From contig CM060731.1 in assembly GCA_030704615.1 (NCBI GenBank), positions 32,674,001 through 32,738,000 on the forward strand: a stretch of DNA of 64,000 bases. The letters are read 5' to 3'. The stretch comes from Takakia lepidozioides (taxonomy: Eukaryota; Plantae; Bryophyta). This document shows, piece after piece, positions 50,125 to 61,957 of this stretch (position 1 is its first letter; each line of letters opens with the position of its first letter). Made by a program: the position numbers and the translations under genes. The notes under the pieces are model-generated. The model saw only the letters and a list, made by a program, of their open reading frames with translations, made no database searches and was not told where the DNA came from.

Positions 50125-53100
50125 TTGCAGCATTTGGTATCTCATTTGAAATGCATCCTACAGCTGCCCATAGACGGGCTTTTCAATCACACAAACCTCC
50201 GTTGGATACGCCAGGTTTCCCAGGGAAAAGAGAAACGGATATCCATCGAAGTAGTTGTCGTTCCATGGTCTCGCATTCCTGATTTTCTGGAGGGAGAATG
50301 GAGTAGAGTGGATGGGAAGACCCAATTTTATGTTCAAGATCGAAGGTACCGTGAGATGCCAGATCTGACGACACCGCGTGCAAACAGTTATCGTCAGTGG
50401 CATAAGTAAGTCACTTACGAGGGTTGTATAACATTCCCAGCCCCACTTCTTTCTGCTGGCCTAGCAAAGTCATATATGGCGATAACCCTCATCGCTTTGT
50501 ATGCTTTCTTTGCAGGTACCACTGCTGCTACGGCCCGGTAGATAGGCACACGGACCTGCCGATTGTGAAGAAGAAAGAAAAATCGATAGCAGCCTCCGAT
50601 AATCAAAAACCAGTCAAGCAAATCAGACGTAAGGCAGCGGATTTCGGAGAGTCATACAAACGTGGGTATACGTGTAGCTTCAAAGTTGGCCAGTGTTTTC
50701 TAGATCCAGAGTTGGCAATCATCACATACTTCCAGAAACAACATGTGGATGCAAAAAGAAAGCCATGTCATGGTTCAGCTGACCCCTCTTCCCATTTCAC
50801 GCGATTCGTGCATGCCTCTCGTCTCAGCCAAGATATGAAATAGTGGATCGTCGATAGTCTTCGCAGTGGCCTATCTCTAGCTATGATTATGACACAACAC
50901 ACTCAACAGCTTCAGGAAGCTTGTGCGTCTCAGCCAGGCATGGAGTGGAGTCGCGATTGTTTCTTGTTCGAGTACGACGTGAGAAACATTGAGAGTTACA
51001 AAAAACATCCAGATGATGAACAAAGTGTACGTATGTGGGTCGATAGCAATCCTGAAAGCATCTTCTTCTACCATGAAGAGACAGCGCCAGTGGCGGGTGA
51101 TTTGAAGTTCATGATTGGAATACAAACAGAGTGACAAAAACAGAAAATGATCGACCTGGGACACAACCGTGTGGTGTCCTGCGATGCAACATTTGGGACC
51201 AACGAAAATAAGGTATTCGTGTCACGCTTTACCTTTCATTGCATTCTGAAATATGAGTGCCATGCAACTGTTGCCAATATTACAACACTCACCTTATTCA
51301 TTTTTGTACCATTGCGAAATTGCAATTCCCAATGTATACCATGATGGTGTTCGACGAATGGTTCAACGGCATACCTGTTGCTTATATTATATCAGCGAGA
51401 AACAAAACGACTGACCTGAGCCCCTGGATTAAACGTCTTCGCGACCGACTTCTTCACAACAAACCAGATTGGAGGCCAAATGCTTTTGTTGTCGACGATG
51501 CAAACGTAGAAATCAATGCTATCAAGTACACGGCTAGAAGTTACAATGTTCTAGTCACACAGTAATTTACACTACAAGTTGCATGCATGAGGGGTTTCAT
51601 GGATCGGGCTACACTGCTACTAGTTACACTGAGAATCACAATAAGAGTTAAATTGCCAGTTACATGAGGGGGTGCATTGCTGCTTGTAACACTTGGAGTT
51701 ACACTGTCAGTTACTCGAGGGGTTACATGGATTGGGTTGCAGTGCTGTCTGTTACACTGAGGGTTACACTATCAGTTAGACAGATGGTTAAACTCCCTTG
51801 AGTTGGACGGAGGGTTACATTGCTGTGAGTTAGACCGAGGGTTACACTGCTATGAGGTAGACAGAGGGTTACACTGCGAGTTACACGGTGTGTCATCTGC
51901 AGTCTTGCATGGATTAGGTTGCACTGCTATAGCCTGTGAGTTACACTGGGAGCATCGCAGAGGGTTATATGGGTTGGGTCGCTCTGAGAGTTACACGGTG
52001 TAACATGGATTGCGTTACAGCGCTGCGAGGGGTTATATGCGTTGGGTTACACTGCTGTGAGTTTCACTGATAGTTACATGGCCAGATGCACGAGGGGTTA
52101 CATGAGTCACACTACTAAGAGTCGCACTACTAAGAGTCACACTACTAAGAGTCACACTTTGAAGAGTGACACTGCGAAGAGTTACACTGCTAAGAGTTCC
52201 TTTGATAAGAAATACACTGCTAAGAGTTTCACTGCGAAGAGTTACACTGATAAAAGTTACACTGCTAAGAGTTACACTTCAAGGAGTTACACTGACAAGA
52301 GTTACACTGCTAAGAGTTACACTGATGGATTGGGTGGCATTTGATGTGTGCGTGCAGGGAATCGTTTGGGGACGTAGCAATATTTCTATGCCTTTGGCAT
52401 GTTCGCCGCGCTTAGCTGAAACATTCGTGGTGTAAGATGCCCGATCCATACACTCGCAATGCTGTTTTGAAACAGCTTGGCGACGTAATGTACGGCATTA
52501 ACGCCTGTGTGGGAGTCACCCCAGAAGAGTGGGCGCTGGAGCGACTGGAAGATTTGCATTATTCCTATCCGCTTGCGTGTGACTTCCTACATTACATCAG
52601 AATAGAATGGGTCCCAAAACTGAGCATGTGGATCACGGGGGCTCGTAATATTCCCCATGCAAGTCAGGATACTAATGCTGCAATTGAATCTTGGCATGGA
52701 AATTTGAAGGCTCGTTTACGCTCGGGAAAGCAAAGGCTTGATGGCAGGAGAATTGATTGGCTGATCAGCGAACTCGTGGGTCCTGTTCTAACCCAGTATT
52801 GGCATAGAAATAACTTGAAATCGAAAGGTTTCAAAAGGAATGTACGACAGGAGGAATTTATCAGCAATGTTGTTTGGACTGCGAGGGAGATCCCTAGTGT
52901 CAATGTTCATTTGCATACTGTTCCTGGTCATCCGGCGATTGTGGATAGTGTTCAAACGGCCGGTCGAAGCTACACAATCTATGCACCTGCAACCACCTGG
53001 GCTTGTTGCGATTGTCTATGGGCTTTGAAGGGTAACTTGTGCAAACATCAAATCCGCGTTCTTCAATTGATGAAGCCAAATCTGAGGAAGGGCTTATTGT
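50125..53100 (+). pseudogene. MULE transposase with SWIM zinc finger (At4g13970/At1g60560-like family), inactivated. Exons ~50125-50405, 50516-51212, 51326-51525, 52358-~53100
   Basis: VPWSRIPDFLEGE, YHCCYGP, PCHG, GIQTE*Q, SCDATFGTN (D), VVDDA (D), CLWHVRRA*, AIESWH (E), CDC..GNLCKH (SWIM). Stops at 50841, 51132 and 52413; acceptor CAG>CAA at 51323-51325. Confidence 0.85.
51580..52330. repeat. GGGTTACA-type and 15-bp AAGAGTTACACTGCT-type arrays inside the transposase intron
   Basis: Seen directly. Inverse orientation to the 48360-49810 array. Confidence 0.85.
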
Positions 53101-53497
53101 GAAGCTCTGTGGCACAAAGCTTGGGACCATTCATGGAGGTCTTGACATGTTGATGAATCGGAACTTCCAGATATTGATGTAGAGGAGGAAGTTGTGAATC
53201 TAGCAAAGCCTACGGAGTGCTCAACATCATCCCAACGTGGTCGGCAGGAGCCGTCGGATGTTTCATCAATTAAATCTAAGATGAAGTCCCCGTCGCTTCT
53301 TGGCAATGAGAGTGAAACAATGCACAAACATCTGCTTGCCGAGCTTCGTTGTGTTTGTGGGAGGCTGTCCACTTTACAAGTCAGAATCGACAAAGGTCTG
53401 TTGCACCCTCTTCAGGCAGTTCCATTCATAAAAAATGATGATGGAAACAACATGTCCCTTGCCAGGAAAATGGATTTTGTAGACCGGTTCCATAGTA

Positions 53498-56400
53498 TGG
53501 TGGGTGGGCCAAGACTCATCGCGACTCATCACCGGGAATCGAGGATTTTTGTGGTGGTTCGCCATAAAATGGTGGTGTTGTTTGTGAAACCCCCGCGGAC
53601 AGTCACAGAAGTATATATAAGGAGTAGTAACCCCGAGAACGGTGCAAGCCCGTTGGTGACCAAAAGCTAGTGAGTAAGCGTGCGAGCTGGAAAGCGACCA
53701 AGGTGTGGGGAGCTATTCCGGACTGCCATCGACCAAAGGGAATTTCCACTATGCCCAAATTGGGAGAGGGTCTTGTGGAGGAGTAAAGGGGGACCGTTAT
53801 GTCCCGGTGAGCAGCCGAAGCTCCGAGTTGGCCCGACGGCCAGTTAGGGAGTTAGGCGCGCGCATCAGAGCGAGTAACTATGACTTGAAGGGGAGCTTAC
53901 CGAAGTGAGGTGCGCGACACTTGGTATCATAGCTTAGAGTTCAGTACGTGATCGTCCTTGGGATCGGCCTCATCATGGGGTCGGGCAAGCCAAAGCGAAA
54001 GCGGAACGGCCCAAAAGATGATGATCCTGGTGAGCCCGATGGGGGCGACGTGTCACCGAAGCGGCCATTTGAGGAAGCAATGCATGCCTTTGGAAGCGAG
54101 GCTACTCAAAAACGGGAGGAATATGAGGAGTCGGAGCCCGAGGAATCCCTGAGAGCTCCGACAGACCAACAGATGCCCCCTATGCCAGCACATTTTTGGG
54201 AAGGGTTGTTGGCGCAGTTTGGTGGGACGTTGAAAGACGTGTTGAAGGCGGCTAATGCCACTTCCACTAAGGCAAAGTTTAAGGTGAAGCCTAAGGAACC
54301 CGACACCTTTAAGGGCGTCTGAAATTGAAAGACACTCAACACCTGGCTCTTGGAGCTAGAGCAGTACTTCCGGGCGGCCAAGTTGAGTGACGAGGATCGA
54401 GTGGAAGTGGCTCCCACCTATTTGAGGGGCTATGCTCAACAATGGTGGCAGAAACGCCTTCACGACTGAGGTCCAAACCCGGAAACCTTGAACTGGAGTG
54501 GGTTCAAGGAACTGATGAAGAGACAGTTTGTGCCCCTCAACGCGTCATGGCTTGCCCGAGACAAGAAGAGGAATCTGAAGCAAACAGATGACATTCGGGG
54601 ATATGTTCAGGCTTTCAATGTGCTGTTGCTCGAAGTCGCGGACATGGCCAAAAAAACAAATGGTCTTCAACTTCGTGGCGGGACTGGCCCCGTGGGCCAG
54701 ACGGAAGTTAGAGGAGAAGCCATCTAAGACTTTGAACGAGGCAATTGAGAAGGCTGAATGTTTCTCAGATGTCCCTAGGGGCAAAAGACAAGGCCGTACG
54801 GAGCTGAACCACAAGAAGACCTGGCGGGAGGGTGACTCCTTTCGACCGGAAAAGAAGTGGGATAGGCCACGCGGCGACAATGGCACGTGGAAATCGAAGG
54901 GAGGGCCTTCACACGCCAAGACGACACTCGGTGCTCCGAAAGGAAAATCAGGTGCGACGCCTTATGGCGGGCAAAGGACGACCTTCGATGGAGTGTACTT
55001 CAATTGTGGGGAGCCCGGGCACATGGCCAAGAAGTGCACGAATCCCCGACAATTGAATATGACTCGGGCAACCACGGAGTTGTCCGAAGCTTCCATCAAC
55101 CGCTTGGTGGAGGCGGTGGTCGCCAAGACTTGCAAGGTAGGCAACTACTCTTGTGAGTTGTATTAGGAAACTGGCGCCTTGCGAAAAGGGAGTAAGTTAA
55201 TGTTTGTGAGTAGGATAATCTCCGGAACTAACATCTCATTGTTGGTGGATACAGGAGCGTCGCACTCCTTCATGACACCAGCAACGGCTCGGAAGCTGGG
55301 ACTCCCAACAAGTGATATGGGGGCCTCTATTGAGGTGCGTTCTGCAAAAAGAGAACCACAATTGGCGACGAGGTTGGCGTTCAATGTTCCTCTTCAACTC
55401 GGGAGTTGGGAGGGACATGAGAACTTCACCATTTGCGAGATCCATGGAGTGGATCTCATTTTGGGGATGACATTTTTGAGCAGATCCGGAGCGGTCATAG
55501 ATGGCCGCAAGAGGGTAGTCACGCTACTGTGTGAGCATGGTGGCAAATTTTTACGAGTGCCGGAAACGCCCAACCCCGTGGGAGGGCGAATAAACCTTCT
55601 GTCAGCAAGAGAGTGGGCTGTGGAGGAATCACACGAGCCCCAGTTTTTGCTTTATGTAAGACAAGTGAAGGGAGAAGGCGATGGGGATCCGAGCCCAGAT
55701 TGGATCAAGGGGATTTTGGAGAAATACCAGGATGTGATGCCGGAGGATTTACCAAACGGCTTGCCACCGCGAAGAGGAGTTGACCACAAGATTGAGGTGA
55801 TACCGGGATCGGAGCCGCCTGCCAATGCACCCTACCGGTTGAGCCACAGAGAGTTGGTCGAGCTGAAGACTCAGCTCAAGGATCTAATGTCAAAGGGGTA
55901 CATCCGGCCGAGTAAGTCACCTTATGGAGCCCCGGTGCTATTCGTAGACAAGAAGGATGGGACGCTGCGGATGTGTGTCGATTACAAGGCTCGAAATAAG
56001 GTGACTATAAAAAAACCGGTATCCTTTGCCAAGGATCGATGACCTCTTTGATCGGTTGGCAGGAGCGAAGTATTTCAGCCGGATCGATTTGCGCTCCGGC
56101 TACCATCAAATTCGAGTGGCGGAAGGAGACGAGGAGAAGACCGCGTGCAGGACAAGGTATGGTTCATATGAGTTCTTGGTGATGCCTTTTAGGCTCACCA
56201 ACGCACCCGCGACCTTTAGCACGCTAATGAACAGCCTTTTCCAGGAGTGGTTGGATGACTTTGTGATCATGTACATTGACGACATCTTGGTGTACTTGAA
56301 AACAAAGGAAGAGCACCTAGAACACCTAAAAAGGGTGTTCCAGAAATTGCGGGAAGGGAAGCTGTATGCCAAAGCTTCAAAGTGCGAATTCGGGATCACG

Positions 56401-59400
56401 AAAGTGGAGTTCCTGGGGCATGTGATTACACAGGATGGGATCAAAATGGATAACAGAAAGGTGAGGGCGATTTTGGACTGGGAGCCTCCGACTTCGATCC
56501 CGGGAGTGCGATCCTTCCTAGGACTCACCTCCCATTACCGAAAGTATGTGAGAAATTTCGCCAAGATCGCGGGGCCGCTGTCCGACCTTCTGTGTAAATC
56601 CAAAGTCTGGGTATGGAACACCTTTTGTGGCCAAACTTTTGCCGAGTTGAAGCAGCGGATGGCGGAAGCTCCAGTCCTCAAAATTCCGGAGTTCGACCGT
56701 CCATTTGAGATCCATACAGATGCGTCGGACTTCTCAATTGGGGGTGGACTCATGCAGGATGGACGTCCAGTGGCTTACGAAAGTAAAAAACTGAATGAAG
56801 TGGAGCGACGGTGGCCTACGCACGAGAAAGAAATGAAGGCGGTGGTACATTGCCTTGAGCTTTGGCACCACTATATTGGTTCCAACCCGGTGAAGGTGTT
56901 CACGGACAATGTCACGGTGAAGTATTTTGCCACGCAGCCTAAGTTGTCCCCAAAACAAATTAGGTGGCAAGACACTTTGGCACTGTTTGACGTGGATATC
57001 CAGTACAAATCGAGACGGGACAATGTGGTGGCCGATGCTTTAATTAGAAAGCAGCAGCTCATGATGGTGTACAGGGGCGAGACGGCGCTCCAAAGGAAGA
57101 TCCGGAAGGCTTACCGGAAGGATGAGATTGCGAAGTCCGTGATGCGAGACTTGAGGATGGGGGTTAAATTGCAGTTCCACTTGCAAAATGGACTGCTCCG
57201 GTACAAGCAAAAGCGTCTCTACGTGCCGAAGGGAGGGATCAAAGATAGTCTCTTGAGAGAATGCCATGATGGTCCGCTTGCAGGCCACGGCGGAGCCAAG
57301 CGCACCGCGACACTCTTGAAAAAAAAGTATTTCTGGCCCAAACTGAGGGAGGAGGCCGAGGAGTATGTCAAGACATGCACCACATGCCAACAAAACCGGA
57401 GCGAATACAAAAAACTAGCGGGGCTGTTACAACCCTTGCCGATTCCAGAAGGTGTCTTGATGGATTTCATGACAGCTATGTCATTGTCAAGAGGATTCGA
57501 TGCAATCATGGTGGTGGTGGATAGGTTCAGTAAAATGGGCCATTTCATCCCCACCAAGGAGACGGCAACGGCACAGGAGACGGGGCGACTTTACTTCGCC
57601 CACGTCTTCAAGCATTATGGACTCCCGAAGGATATTGTCTCGGACCGCGATCCAAAGTTTACGAGTAAATTTTGGAGGGCACTTTGGAAGAAATTGGGGA
57701 CGAGGCTCAAGATGAGTCCCGCCTTCCGACCTACGATGGACGGCCAAACGGAAAGGGTGAATTCCGTGGTGAAGCACATCTTGCGGAATTACGTGTCGGC
57801 AGACCAATCGGACTGGGTGGAGCACTTGGATGCGGCAGAGTTCTGTTATAATAACACAAAACATTCCGCAACGAGAGTTTCCCCCTTTGTATTGGTTTAT
57901 GGAAAAGCACCTCTGGTGCTGACAAGTTGGGCCGCCCAAGACGTTGAGGAACCGGCAGCAGCGGCAGTGCTGGAAGAACACGAGCGTTTGTTGAAGCTCG
58001 CAAAGTACAACATTGCCAAAGCTAGGAAACGGTATGAACGGCAGGCGAATCGGAAGCGGAGGGAGGTTAAGTTTGAGGCAGGCACGGAGGTCTGGTTGAA
58101 CATCAAGAATTTTCGACTACCTCCGGAAGTGAGTCCGAAGTTCGTACCTCCGTATGCGGGACCCTTTCGCATCCGGAAGGTTATGAATAAGGATGTGTAT
58201 GAATTGGAGCTCCTGGAAAACAGCAAGGTGCATCCGGTATTCCACGTCTCCATTTTGAAGCCTTACTTCAAAGATGAAGCGCGTCCGAATCGACATCAAG
58301 TGTTGCGTCCGCCACCTGTGTTATTGGATCATGAAAATGAACCTGAGTACGAGGTGGAGGCAGTGCTTAAGTCGAGGAGGTTCAAGAATCGAGAAACGGA
58401 GTATCTCGTGAAATGGAAGGGCTATCATCATGTGGAGGCATCTTGGGTGCGTGCCTTAGAATAGGGAACGCATCCGAGGCGGTTGCAACTTTCAAACGGC
58501 GACCTCAAAAGCGGAAGAAGCGTTGATGGGGACATTAACCTTGGAACGTGAGGGAGGAAATGCATGCTTAGCTAGCTCAGGAATCCGATTGCAAAAACTA
58601 GTATTGTACAAATTTTGTTATAAATGAAATGGTTTCCAAATATTGTGCGTCCTATTTTGTTTGGAATGGTGATGCATGGTATGGTTGGCTAGTGTGTAAA
58701 ATGCATGCTAGCTTACAAAAATGGGAGAGGTAAATTGGGTAATCGTGTGTTTGTGTAGTGCCGAAATCGGGTGACCCCCACCCAAGGGGCAAGGAAACTT
58801 GCGCCTTCTTTGGGAGTTCACGTGCTAGGGCGCACCTGGCACGTGCGCGTACTATAACTGCGCTACCGAGGGGGTTGCCTTGTAGTGTGTGCTAACGCGG
58901 AAGCTACGTGCTTCCGTTCACGTACTATAATCGTGTAGCCTCGGGACGAAGTCGTAGTGCAGCTTCGGCGTGTTCCCGTACCTTAGGCCAGCATTCCAAA
59001 GCGGACCCAATTGTAGTGATTGGGGCGCACGGTTGGTTCAAGGTTATCTTCCTAGTCAAAAAGGGTTCAAGGGAAACCCTTGCTCAAGGTGATGCCAAAA
59101 AAATGGCATCATGAGCGGTCACAAGCAAATGTTGTTGCAGTAAGGCGATTCGATCCTCGAGGAGGATCGTTCCTTGGCCTTGAAGTGGGCCAAGAAGAGT
59201 GCACTGGGAGGAGCTTAAGAGGCTCCACCCTTGGCCGGGACTTGGAGGAAGTCGGACGAACTAGCTAGTGGAGAGTAGAGTCAAGTGGGAGTTTGGTTCT
59301 TAGCCATGGGACGCCATGGTGCGGAAACAAACTCCTTGATGTGGGACGCCACAACTTGGATGTTCGTTTCTACAAATTAGACAAGTCGATGAGGACATCG

Positions 59401-60148
59401 ACTCCCTGTTGGTAGGGGTGTGTGTCGCAGCCCTTTGCCTTGAGAGCAGGGGGTCGGGTCACGAGAGGGGCTGCCCCTGTGGTGGGGGCAGTGGCGACAA
59501 TAGATACGGGGGCTGAAGCAACCTTGAGTGCCCAAGGTTCTCAAGGAGGCAGAGGCGCTCACTAGGTGGAGCCCCGCACACCAGATTGCGGTGGGGGTGG
59601 TTCCACGAGGGGTGATGTTAGCTTAGTGGGACTTAGTGCGGGTGGCATAGGACTCACCATGGGGGGGGAGACCTTGTGGTGGGAGTCGTGGGGAGTCTTG
59701 GGACTCATCACAGTCCAATGGGACCGTGGTGGGTGGGCCAAGACTCACCGCGACTCATCACCGGGAATCGAGGGTTTTCGTGGTGGTTTGCCATAAAATG
59801 GTGGTGTTGTTTGTGAAACCCCCGCGAAAAGTCACAGAAGTATATATAGGGAGTAGTAACCCCAAGAACGGTGCAAGCCCATTGGTGACCAAAAACTAGT
59901 GAGTAAGCGTGCGAGCCGGAAAGCGACCAAGGTGTGGGGAGCTATTCCGGACTGTCATCGACCAAAGGGAATTTCCACTATGCCCAAATTGGGAGAGGGT
60001 CTTGTGGAGGAGTAAAGGGGGACCGTTATGTCCCGGTAAGCAGCCGAAGCTCCGAGTTGGCCCGGCGGCCAGTTAGGGAGTTAGGTGCGCGCATCAGAGC
60101 GAGTAACTATGACTTGAAGGGGAGCTTACCGAAGTGAGGTGCACGACA
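53498..60148 (+). mobile_element. Ty3/Gypsy chromovirus LTR retrotransposon, degenerate. Truncated 5' LTR 53498-53919, PBS 53922-53933, gag-pol ~53975-58526, PPT ~59410-59422, 3' LTR 59423-60148
   Basis: tRNA-iMet PBS TGGTATCA(T)AGC, zinc knuckle, protease [14 protein letters not shown], RNase H, integrase HHCC/DDE/GPF, chromodomain [20 protein letters not shown] termini TGTCG..CGACA. Several stops and frameshifts. Confidence 0.95.
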
Positions 60149-60390
60149 CTGACACTGCTGTGAGGGACATTGTCGTGGGTGACACACCATTGCCCGTGAA
60201 CAACTTCCGTTGAGCGTAACATTGACATGGGTTACACTGGTAGGTGTGACACCCCTCAGCCAACCCACATGATAGATGTCCATGAGTGTAACACTGCCAT
60301 GGATGACACTGCACTACCACTGGTCGTGGAGGGTGACACTCCTTTGCCACGGCCACTAGTCGGGAGGATGACGCTCTTCCGCTAGTCAAC

Positions 60391-61777
60391 ATGGTCTTGG
60401 AGGGTGACAGTGCGGAGAAGGGCGACACAATCAAGGATGGCATTGAGGAGATTGATGCAAAGAAGAGTGACATCGACATGGGTGACATGGGGAAGGGTGT
60501 CACCGAGGAGGTTGTCAGTTGGAAGGGTGACACAAAGCAGGGTCACACTGAGAAGCGTTTCACTGCGGAGAGTCACGAAGATAAGGATGTTGCGGAGCAT
60601 CATGACATTGAGAAGATTGACACTGCCAAGGATGACACACATAAGATTGTTACTCAGCATGGTGACACTGGGAAGGAACCCGATGAGAAGGGTGACACTG
60701 CAAAGAGTAACACTGATAAGGTGGCCAAAGATAAGGGTGACACAGGGAACAGTGACACTGAGAAGGTAGCCGAAGAGAAGGGTAACACTGAGATGCGTGA
60801 CACTGAGGAGGTAGCCGAAGAGAAGGGTGACACTGAGAAGGTACGTAGCCGAAGAGAAGGGTGACACTGAGAAGCGTGACTCTGACAAGGGGTCTGAACA
60901 GAAGGGTGACACTGACAGGGGCAGCACCGAGGAGGTGAGCTGTGACACTTCTGCCCTTGGTCAATCACCTTCCCAGCACGTCTCAGACGAGGGAGTGCAG
61001 TCTTCAGCACTTGCAGTAAACTCAGAACAAGGCACCTCTGGCCCAGAAATTCCCCCTACCGGTGGCATTGTCAAGGTTGCAGAGAATCCCAGGAGGTCAA
61101 AACGGCCGCCTGCTCAAAGAAAGCGGTTGGCTGAACCCCCTAGCGCTGACAAAGAAGTACATGTTTTTGTCGCACCCAAAAAACAACGAACCAAATCGAA
61201 AGGCAAAAGTGCAGGGGTCTCCGAGGTTGACGTTGTCCAGCAGCAAGAGGTCCTTGCCAAGCACTTGCAGGAGTGTTCGAGGTACCTCATTGAACTTTGA
61301 TCCTCTCTGATTGTGAATATTGATTATAACTCTTGTATGATGCATCGTAATGTTTGTAATGTGTGGTTTGTTGTCCAGACTAAAACAACGGTACTTGACG
61401 AAGTTCAGAATGGTGTCGGACCCTCCTGGGGCGCCTGAAGTGAAGTTTTATTATGGCGATGCCTTCCTGGCTTCTACCCAGTTACAGTTTCACTTGGAAG
61501 AGACAGATTTTGAGCCGATGTATAAAATAAGAGCAACTGTCACAGATGCATTGCTCTCGGGTTACAACAAACTTCTGGAGGCCAAATTGTTTAAGGCTAT
61601 CGCACCTGAGTTTGTCATCTGTGCTCCTTTCCAGTGGCATGTCATGCGTACCAATGGTAACGATCTGCAGACGCATTCGGGTTGGTGCAAGAATGGTACA
61701 CTCAGGATGCCCGAGGGATGGTATTCACAAAGAATCGAGATCTTGTGGATGTGGTTGTCATCCCTATTGTCTTCGAG
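60391..61777 (+). pseudogene. Second MULE-borne ORF relic: EEKGDTEK repeats followed by a probable ULP1/C48 protease N-terminal half
   Basis: TDALLSGYNKLL resembles ULP (N/S)D.VI..Y..LL. After a frameshift, DLVDVVVIPIVF resembles the D.IFVPI strand preceding the catalytic His. Ends at donor GTAAGT. Confidence 0.5.
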
Positions 61778-61957
61778 TAAGTAATTTGAGCGTTGACTGA
61801 TCATGTTGGGTTACACTCCTCTGTTCTACACTGAGTTGCACTAGTTTGGAGTTGCACTGCTGACTAGTTGTGTTACACCGTTTAGAGTTACAGTACAAAG
61901 GGTTACACTATTGGGTTACACATGAGATGGGTTACACTACTGGGTTACACCACTGAG

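Larger units (their letters stand above)
48190..61957 (+). mobile_element. Decayed Mutator-like (MULE) element with repeat arrays, interrupted by Gypsy insertions; boundaries uncertain and probably continues past the window
   Basis: Transposase relic at 50125-53100, ULP1-like relic at ~61379-61777, TGTAACCC array on the left and GGGTTACA motifs in its intron and at ~61800-61950. Confidence 0.6.

Noticed and set aside
52042-52344. KSYTA-repeat ORF as a gene
   Set aside because: It is a translation of the 15-bp array inside the transposase intron.
55160-55170. Programmed gag-pol readthrough at TAG
   Set aside because: The sister element has CAG here, so this is most likely a C>T mutation.
44357-61777. 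Functional pairing of the multi-UBL gene with the ULP-like relic
   Set aside because: The protease is a decayed TE cargo 13 kb away; only proximity supports a link.
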